A stretch of DNA of 64,000 nucleotides from Octopus vulgaris. Taxonomy: Eukaryota. Every line of letters begins with the position of its first letter. The stretch's first letter is position 1. The notes beneath the pieces are model-generated. The model was not told where the DNA came from, ran no database searches, and saw nothing but the letters and a program-made list of their open reading frames with translations. Made by a program: the position numbers and the translations under genes. The stretch lies in NCBI GenBank assembly GCA_951406725.2, contig OX597838.1, forward strand, positions 15,562,001 to 15,626,000. The letters run 5' to 3'. Positions 54,640 to 64,000 of this stretch are shown here, one piece after another.

Positions 54640-55564
54640 AGTGGCACTTCCAAACTTCTTTCTTTTCAGAGTCACTAAGTGCAAACATATTACCCATACA
54701 TAAACAATTCTGTCTCACAACATCTTGATTATCTCCCACACAACTGTCTCACAATCTGCAACACCTCATTTTCATGCTGTAAGACATTGGCAAACCTCTT
54801 CGTGCTGGTCTTCATGCTGTAAGACATTGGCAAACCTCATCCTTTCTGCTTCTGCTCTTGCTAGATGCACCTGTCATCTAGCTTCCTCTTGGCTACCCAA
54901 TACAAATCTTTACTGCTTCCATCTCTCCAGTCTTCCAAGCCTGTCTCTTCGTTTGTATGGCCCTATCTACTTAACTGCTTCACTAACAGGTCACTCTCCA
55001 TCTAGTAGGACGTTGCCCTAGCCACAGATTTAGTCTGCAGCCTTCAGAAGGTTGTTTTGCAAGAACTTCCAGTCATCCTCTACATCATGCATCACAACCT
55101 TCTCTTTCTCATCGAATACTTTAATCAGAATATCTCTAAACTTCTGACTGTTTGATGGGTCTTTGAGCTTCCATAACTTCCTTTTCCAGACTGGTTTGCA
55201 TCTCTGTCTCTGTGTCCATCCAGCTCTAAGTCTGAAGTCACTTTCCACTAACTTATGTTGAGTTGTACATTCCTCACTGGGAAAGGATTTGCATTTATAA
55301 ATATCTATATATTCCTGTTTCTTGTTTGAATGCTCATCAGGGTGACAAGTAATTAGATGGCTGGCTCATTTCCTGAAGTTAGTTTTGCAAACCAGTAAAT
55401 CATTTGTATCACTGAAGTCCAGGAGCATTGTTCCCTCCTCATTTCTAGTACCAAAGCCAAAATCTCCAGGCACACGATAAAATCCATTGGTGTGTTGCCC
55501 AACATGACCGTAGAAGTTGCTAGTTACCCCATCTAGCACACACACACACACACACATATACATA

Positions 55565-58500
55565 CAGGGGGCTTCCATGGCGTACATGGAGGCTACTGTT
55601 ATGGTTCCCGCAATGAAGAGGGAACCAGGCTGCTGGAGTTCTGTGATGCAAATGATCTTATGGTTTGTAACACTAACTTCAGGAAACCTACCAGTCTCCT
55701 AGTCACCTACTGATCGGGCCGACATACTAGCCAAATTGACTACATCCTTGCCAGAAAAAGGGAAAGATGGCTACTTATAAATGCCAAGACTGGTAGTTAG
55801 TGACTTTAGGATCAAGACTAAGTAGACGCCCAGAAGACGACCAGCATGGAGAAGAAGGGTCTGGAAGCTTAAAGATCCTGCGAATGAACAGAGATTTAGA
55901 GACATATTATTTGAAGCCTTTGACGAAATAGAAGGGGATATAGCTTCACATGGTGTAGAAGACAACTGGAGGTTTCTGTGGGACAACCTGCTGAGAGCCA
56001 CTGATCAGATTTGTGAATGGTGCAAAGTCCCCTCTCGACCCAAAATAATGTGGTGGTGGAACAATGTTGTATTAGAGAAAAGAGACAGGCTTATTTAGCC
56101 AGAGGGGAAGTAGATAAGAAAAAATTTGCCAATGTTCTGCGCCATGAGGACCAAAGACTTGAGGTATTTCGTGTTGCAAGACTGTGTGAGTGAGAATCGT
56201 GATGTTTTAGGAGAGAAATGTGTCCGCATGGATGATGGTTCTCTTGCACTAAATGGAGCTGCAAAGAGAGAGGTTTGGAGATGCCACTATGAAACGTTGC
56301 TGAATAAAGAAAATGAATGGGAGAAAGAGAGTCTGCCGAATGTCAACCCAACAGAGGGACCAGCTATCCGAGTTGACAGTACCTTGGTAGATAAAGCAAT
56401 TGAAAGTATGAAAACAGGGAAAGACCCCGGCCCACCAAGAATTACTGCAAAGATGCTCAAAATATCTGGCAGTGTCGGCTATAGCCTGGTCACTCGTATA
56501 GTTAACCAAGTGATACACGAAGAAGTCATATCCTATGACTGATGTAGTCAACTGCTACAAAGGTAAAGGTGACGCTTTAGATACAAATAATTACAGAGGT
56601 ATCAAGCTGTTGGATCAGGTAATGAAGATCACGGAGAGGGTCATAGCCCAACTAATTAGGGAGAGAGTCAGTTTGGATGAGAAGCAGTTTGGTTTCGTGC
56701 CAGGGAAAAGCACCACTGATGCTATATTTCTGTTTAGACAGCTGCAGGAGAAATACCTAGCCAAAGATAAGCCCCTGTACCTGGCTTTCATTGACATGGA
56801 GAAAACCTTTGACTGGGTCCCCCGATCCCTTATCTGGTGGTCAATGAGGAAACTAGGGATAGATGAATGGTTAGTGAGAGCCTGCAAGCCATGCACAGGG
56901 ATGCTGTCAGTAAGGTGAGGGTTGGCAACGAGTACAGTGAAGAATTCTGGGTAGAGGTAGGGGTCCATCAAGGTACAGTCCTCAGCCCCCTCCTATTTAT
57001 CATACTCCTCCAGGCAATAACGGAGGAATTCAAGACAGGATGCCCCTGGGAGCTCCTCTATGCTGATGACCTTGCTCTAATTGCTGAATCCCTATCAGAA
57101 CTAGAGGAGAAGTTTCAAGTATGGAAACAAGAATTAGAATTGAAGGGCCTTAGAGTCAACCTAGCTAAAACCAAAGTCCTAATAAGTAGGAGGGCAGGCA
57201 AACCACAAATCCCTTCAGGTAGATGGCCCTGTTCGATCTGTCGAAAAGGCGTAGGTAGAAACTCTATAAGATGTACCCAGTACCCAGTGTAAGCTATGGA
57301 CACATAAGAGGTGCAGCAATATCAAAGGAAGGCTAACTGGGAGGATAGTTTTTGTATGTGGCAAATGCTTGGGAGCTATAAAAAACACTGAAAATGTGCA
57401 GAGAACAACTTCCGCCACATTCCAAGGAGAAAAACTAGAAGTAGTTGATAGCTTCCGTTATCTAGGTGACCAAGTCAGTAGCAGGGGAGGGTGTGCTGAA
57501 AGTGTAGCTGCTAGAATAAGAATAGCCTGGGCTAAGTTCAGAGAGCTCTTACCTTTGCTGGTGACAAAGAGCCCCTTGCTCAGAGTAAAAGCTAGACTGT
57601 ACGATGCATGTGTACGAACAGCCATGCTACATGGCAGTGAAACATAGGCCGTGACTGCTGAGGACATGTGTAAGCTCGCAAGGATGTAAGCTCGCTCCGA
57701 TGGATGTGTAATGTCAGTGTGCATACTCGACAGAGTGTTAGTGCCCTGAGAGAAAGGTTGGACCTAAGAAGCATCAGACGTAGTGTGCAAGAGAGATGAC
57801 TGTGCTGGTACGGTCATGTGGCGAGAATGGATGTGGATAGCTGTGTGAAATAGTGCCACAACCTAGCAGTTGAGGGAACCTGTGGAAGAGGTAGACCCAG
57901 GAAGACCTGGGATGAGGTGGTGAAGCATGACCTTCAAACATTGGGCCTCATCGAGGCAATGACTAGTGACCAGGACCTCTGGAAATATACTGTGCTTGAG
58001 AAGACTCGGCAAGCGCAAGTGAGACCATAACCTTGTGGCCTATGCCAGGGGTGTAACCAGTCCACTTATGCATGCCTTTCCTTCATTGGACACTAAACTC
58101 TGCTTGCGAAGACCTGTTGAGTCAAGTGAAATCAAAATCGGTGACTGGCATCCGTTGCTAGTGGAGTGCTAAGAGTACCATACAAGTGAAATTGTTGCCA
58201 GAGCAACAAGCTGGCCTCCGTGCCGATGGCATGTTAAAAACACCATTCGAGCGTGATCGTTACTTGCGTCGCGTTACTAGCACTTGTGCTGGTGGCATGT
58301 GAAAAAACATTCAAGCGAGATCATTGCCAGTGCCGCTGGACTGGCTCCTGTGCAGGTGGCACATAAAAAGCACCATTTGAGTGTGACCGCAGCCAGTGCC
58401 GCCCGATTGGCCCTCATGCTGGTGGCACGTTAAAGGTACCCACTACACTCTCGGAGTGGTTGGCGTTAGTAAGGGCATCAAGCTGTAGAAACTCTGCCAG

Positions 58501-58600
58501 ATCAGATTGGAGTCTGGTGCAGCCATCTGGTTTGCCAGACCTCAGTCAAATCGTCCAACCCATGCTAGCATGGAAAGCGGACGTTAAACAATGATGATGA
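55565..58600 (+). mobile_element. 5'-truncated RTE-clade LINE, disabled ORF2 (APE C-terminus, RT, PHD-like finger, 3' UTR)
   Basis: SQIDYIL, NYRGIKLL, QFGFVPGKSTTDAIF, GVHQGTVLSPLLF, YADD at 57059-57070; stops and frameshifts; (GAT)n tail. Confidence 0.95.
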
Positions 58601-58615
58601 TATATATATATAACA

Positions 58616-58827
58616 CAAAAGGGTGCTGAAAAGTTCCTGGCTTTAAGAGTATCATGAAAGGCCTGGTTGGAGGCCCAACCTTCCGAGTTCTTTTACAGGG
58701 CTAAGAAAAACTGAAGGACCACTGCAACAAGTGTGTGAATTTGAGAGGGGAATATGTTGAATAAAAGCTTAACTGATCCTCCTGTATTTTCTTTTACACA
58801 AAGGTAGGAACTTTTCAGCACCCCTTG
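58616..58827 (+). mobile_element. Mariner-derived MITE
   Basis: TIR gggtgctgaaaagttcct / aggaacttttcagcaccc; interior KCVNLRGEYVE* is a mariner C-terminus. Confidence 0.85.
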
Positions 58828-58901
58828 AATATAAACAAATACATGTGTAAATAGCTATACACATACACATGCATTCACTCAGGCATTATTCAATATATAC
58901 A

Positions 58902-59090
58902 CAGTAATCCTCCACCATATTGCGATTTATTATTTAAGCTTATGTATTGTTTTGCATTCATAATAAAATAAACATATACAAATTATAAAAATGTAAAAAA
59001 ATATACAGTACAATACTGTTTCTACTTCGTGGATTATCACCTATCGCAGGTTTTTTCTTAATGCAACACCTGTGATAGTCGAGGGATTAC

Positions 59091-59092
<2 letters not shown>
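58902..59092. mobile_element. pogo/Tigger-like MITE
   Basis: cagtaatcc...ggattactg termini. Confidence 0.65.
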
Positions 59093-59180
<88 letters not shown>

Positions 59181-59305
59181 TATATTATATATATATTATA
59201 TATATTTATAAAGAGATGCATACATTTTTTTTTTAATGAAACATTGTCATCAAGTAATGACAAATAAATAAATATGACAATTTTTTTCACATATTTTTGA
59301 AAATA

Positions 59306-59338
<33 letters not shown>

Positions 59339-60007
59339 CATTATCTCTGTACCTCTCTTTCTTGAAAGTCTTTGGTTTGATTTCATGATTTGTTTTTGAT
59401 ATTTTTAGATTATTATTGAAATTCAATAAATAAATATATGAATTAGTAAACAGTATACGGAGATAAATATCTCTTCTCTCTCTCTCTCTCTCTTCTTGAA
59501 TAATAATCATTACAGTATTATCAATAAAGTAATAAAATGGTTATAAATTATAAACAAACATACAAAACAAAGGCTATACTGCTTTTTATACCATGTATAT
59601 ATATATATATATACACACACATACATACATATATATACACACATATATACATACACACATATATGTACATATACATATATAAACAAATTAGAGATACAAT
59701 TGACAATCCAATAATTTATTTATATTATAACATAATATACTATAAATATAAGATAACAAACAATTATTAAATAACCACTAACTGTTTGTGTTATATTATA
59801 TTATATTCGTAGTATATTATAATATAAATAAATTATTGAATTGTCAATTGTACCTCTGTAATTTGTTTGTAATTTGAATTATATTTATATGGTATTCAAC
59901 TGATGTACTGGTGAACTGGATGTTTTACACACCCTTTCAAAGTAATTTTTTTTTTACTTAGTTTGTTACTTAATAGATATATACATATATAAATGGGTAA
60001 TGCATGC

Positions 60008-60044
<37 letters not shown>

Positions 60045-63000
60045 ATTTTTTTCTGTCCATGTTCATGCCACTGGCTGCTCTAAATTATTTTTCTTAGCTC
60101 ATTTGGTTTAAATTATTGCTAAGGACCCTACAATGTTTCCTGCTCATTTCGTTTTTGTCTTAGTATCTTCAGAGACAAATGGCATGTCAGTTTCAGAGAA
60201 TTTGAGATTTTTTTCCCTCTTCCTATTTGGAGTTGGTCACAATCGTCATAAGGGATTAGTTTAATCTTCTCCTATGGGAAGAAATTTTTCAATAATTCAA
60301 GAACATATCTTGTAATATATATAATATACTTTTGTTTTTATTGTGTATATAAGCCTAATTTGGAAGAGGCCGGAAGTTATTAGCAGAAGAAGGTAAAGGA
60401 TTATAGGTGATTAAATAGATCCCAGTACTTAGCTGGTAATTATTACATAAACCCCATAATGAAAGATGAAAAGCAAAGAATTAGGTTTGGTCAGATTTGA
60501 ACTCAGAATGTAAGAACTGCTATTGAATTATTAGATTTGTTTGTCGTTTTTCTTGTCGGACATGGCTGCATGTGAAGAAGCTCACTTCCCAACCACATGG
60601 TTCCAAGTTCAGTCCCACTGCATGGTACTTTGGGCAAATGTCTTCTACTATAGCCTCAGGCTGACCAAATCCTTGTGAGTGGATTTGTTAGACAGAAACT
60701 GAATGAAGCCCATCATATATGTGTGTGTCTGTGTCACCCACCACCACTTGGTAATTGGTATTGGTGTGTTTATGTCCTCATAACTTAACAGCTCAACAAA
60801 AGAGACCAATAGAATAATTACCAGGCTTAAAAAAAAAAAAAAAAAGAAAAAATACTGGGGTTGATTCATTTGGCTAAAAGCTCATGGCGGTGCCCCAGCA
60901 TGGCTGCAGTCTAATGACTGAAACAAGTAAAAGCCGTAATTTATATGGGAGCAAGATTGTTTATTGAGCTGTTGAATGTGTGTATATTATGTGTATATGT
61001 GTGTCACTATGGATGAGCCAAGTGTTTATATACACATGCATGTGCTAGTATGTATATATAAACAAGGTTGTGTACATGGATGATGTTAAGCATTTTTCCA
61101 GATGACCTATCTTCTGAAACGTTCCAATCATCTGCTTTAATGACTTTACCAGATGATGGTTGTATTATGTTAGCAGAAGATGAATCTTTAACATTAAAAT
61201 TGCTGGAAAAAAAAGTTCAACATTTTCCTTTCTTGTCAAGAATGTGTCATTTATATGGATATATTTAGCCACATGCTCAACAGGCCTCTGCAGTTTCTGT
61301 TAATCAAATTTCTCACATATAGTTTTGACTAACCTGAACTACAGTAGAACACACTTTGCCCAAGGTGCTGTATTTTCAAAGAATTGAACCTAGAACTACA
61401 TAGCTGTGAAGCCAATTTCTTAACTATATAACTATATCTGTACCTATCTTAACCCTTTTGCATTCAGATTATTCTGTCAAATGTAAAGCTCATCTTTTCA
61501 TACTGTTTTGAATTAATCAAGTGTTACCTCATAACTTTGAGGTTTTGATAATGTGATTGTTTATTTTTAAAATGATATTGTAGCATAGGTCCGTGAGGTC
61601 AGATTTGACTGGTTTGAACATAAAACAGGTAGAATATTTGAGTCAGATATGGCTAGTTTAAACAGTTGTAAGAGTTTCCTACATTTAAAAATGGAGGAAG
61701 CATACCACACCTCATACCATCCACGAGAAATGAATATATGAAAAATATATAAATCAAACGAAATAACCGATGGCGTGTGTGTATATGCATGGTTGAAACT
61801 GTCTAATTTAACAGCCGATGGATTGGTTCCTGTGAAATTAGTTAAAAGGGTTTTGTTTTTTTAAGAAAGTACCATACATAAGCAGGCAAACTTGTTAGAA
61901 GTGGGTGGTTTACTAGAGTTTTAAAAGAGAAAAGGTCAATGGTTCACATTCCAACACCAAAGAGGTTTCCAGGCAAGAAGATGTAAGAAGATATGTAGTG
62001 TAACTTCTTTTGGTTCTTAGGCCTGTCCTACTAAGCCATACATAGGTAACACAATGCTGCACTGGTGGGGGAGATTATGCTCCGTTACCATTGTAAGCAC
62101 TTTTTAATAGATAGGTATCTTGTTGGTTTCCACTTAAGGGAAGCAGTATGTCTAGATAAAAGATACGGTGGCAGTAGAGGAGAGGTGAACCCTTCTCCCT
62201 CTCTACCCTACTTTCCTCTTTGAATCAATGTACCAATACATTGTTTTAGCTACAGGTCAACTCTAATTGAGCTGATCTTATAATCAAAATTGTTCCTGCC
62301 ATGACCATCCTCTCTTTACATGGCAATGTATGATGATTGTGTTGTTTAATTAGTCATAGCCATGTTGGTTTCCTGATCACATGGTTTTGGGTTCTATCTC
62401 ACTGCTTGGCACCTTGCTACAAGAGCTATGCTTTGACCAAAGCCTTGTGAGTGATAGAAACTGAAAACAGCCCATTGCATGTGTGCATATGTATATGTAC
62501 ACACATACCATCATCATGTGTGTAAGTTCAAGAGATATTTGGTCACTATTTCTAGCAGGTCAAGCAAACACAGAAAAAGCATCTCACACTGACTCATGAC
62601 ATCTACAGGGCAGTGTAATGTGGTGGGGTTTGGTACACTAAGATCAATTGACTGAAACTTTTGAAAAATTTAGATGATGTAAATGGGTAAGGATCTGGTT
62701 TTTAAAAGCCAACTAGTTTTGCATTAAGACATTACAATAGGGATAACAAAAAAGAAATTAAAAAAATTCACTGTTGTTGGATACCAATTCCACAAGGAGA
62801 AAAAAAAGAACTTAAAGAATTGGTGTAAAAAAAAAAAAAAAACTTCATTTAACCCTTTAGCATTCAGATTACCCCGTCAAATGTAATGCTTATTTATTCA
62901 CATAGTTTTGAATTAATTATGCATTATTTTGGAGCTTTGAGATTTCAATGATGTGATTATTTTGAAAATGATTTTGTAGAGCAAGTATCAGAAGCCAGGT

Positions 63001-63079
63001 TAAATGCTTATGGGTTGAAGGGTACTTACAAAATACTGATTTATACAATAGCTTGATTTTTTTACTATACGTTGTTCTT

Positions 63080-63112
<33 letters not shown>

Positions 63113-64000
63113 AGGAAGAAGACGAAGGAGAGAGAGGGAGAGAGAGAGAGAAAGAGAGAGTAAATGTCGCCAAGTGTTATGTGAAAGGAGAAGGGCCATC
63201 ATCTGACATGCATCATATGGTCGTGTTGGTTTATTGCTTTTTTTTTCCTTGAAGTTATGAAATGAATAAAGTTACTTTTTATTTTATCATTTTGTTTTCA
63301 GTCATAGATGTTTAAAAAGGACTATTTTTTTTGGTCTAACTGTACTTTCAAGTTGCTTTGTTCTGTTTGTTTCTGTTTCAACAAACATCGTTAAGTTATA
63401 TATTTCAATTTTTTATTTTATTTAATTTTGTTTGATTAGAGTAAATTTTGCATGTATGTGCCTGGCCATATGAATAGGTGCCTTTTTTTTTGCTTTTTAC
63501 TATTTAAAGTCTTTACCAGTTGTCTGTCTATATTGGTTTTGTACATGTGTATGATTGATCAAAGCTTGAAAGGGTTTTACACTTTTGTTCAAAGTATAAA
63601 AAAAAGCTATAACTTAAAATTTAAAAAGGGATTAAAACTTCAGCAATTTCAGTAATATTCTAAAAAAAATCTCAAAATAAGATAAGAGCACTGAAACAGA
63701 TAAAATGTTCATTTTAATATATACATATACACATATGTACACACACATATACATGTGTATTGTTTTATATAAAATTTTAAGAATTAAAAAATATTTTAAA
63801 AATCATTTTGAAAACCCCTCTCAAGAGACATACATATATATTGCGCACAAAAAAATGAAAAGCGTTGAACAAATAAACACTGAAACAAAAAAAACAAAAA
63901 AGGGAAAATATTTGAAGTATTTGCTATTTCCTTGTTTGTATATTAAGATGATGATGATGGTGGCAGCCATAGTTCTGGGAGTGGGGGAATAGTTGCGATC
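63080..64000 (-). other. Possible 3' end of a convergent gene
   Basis: Minus-strand AATAAA at ~63229-63234 followed by pyrimidine- and U-rich tracts; no coding exon seen. Confidence 0.25.

Larger units (their letters stand above)
53080..55517 (-). mobile_element. Older RTE LINE relic with RT core deleted
   Basis: GFGTRNEEG..LL.F, KLWKLKDP, GKAPGLSG...YKGKG, FVPGRSTTD, then a jump to the thumb region. Confidence 0.9.

Noticed and set aside
60130-60176. Minus-strand CUGAAGA...GAAAC hammerhead-like motif
   Set aside because: Stem I and the cleavage triplet cannot be formed convincingly.

Overview
AT-rich, microsatellite- and SINE-dense animal DNA. The repeat families and simple-repeat load suggest an octopus or other coleoid cephalopod (inference). 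Bases ~1-32 kb hold the 3' part of a striatin-family gene (STRN3/Cka-like) on the + strand: ten coding exons from 4989 to 28065 join in frame at GT-AG sites and encode the Ser-rich linker and the full WD40 propeller ending ...AKVFV*, followed by a long simple-repeat-rich 3' UTR. Its introns carry tRNA-SINEs, LINE tails, fold-back elements and several type I hammerhead ribozyme motifs, one with an intact core on the sense strand. Bases ~33-39 kb are DNA-transposon, Helitron and SINE debris. Bases 39.6-51.1 kb are an 8-unit tandem macrosatellite (~1.3-1.7 kb per unit) in which conserved blocks alternate with variable microsatellites; one block is palindrome-rich and another is a LINE-derived C2H2 finger. 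Bases 53-58.6 kb are two head-to-head RTE LINE relics; the + copy's 3' UTR carries tandem pseudoknot-like motifs. Most ORFs in the supplied track are microsatellite artefacts. Repeat boundaries are approximate and all structures were derived by eye.
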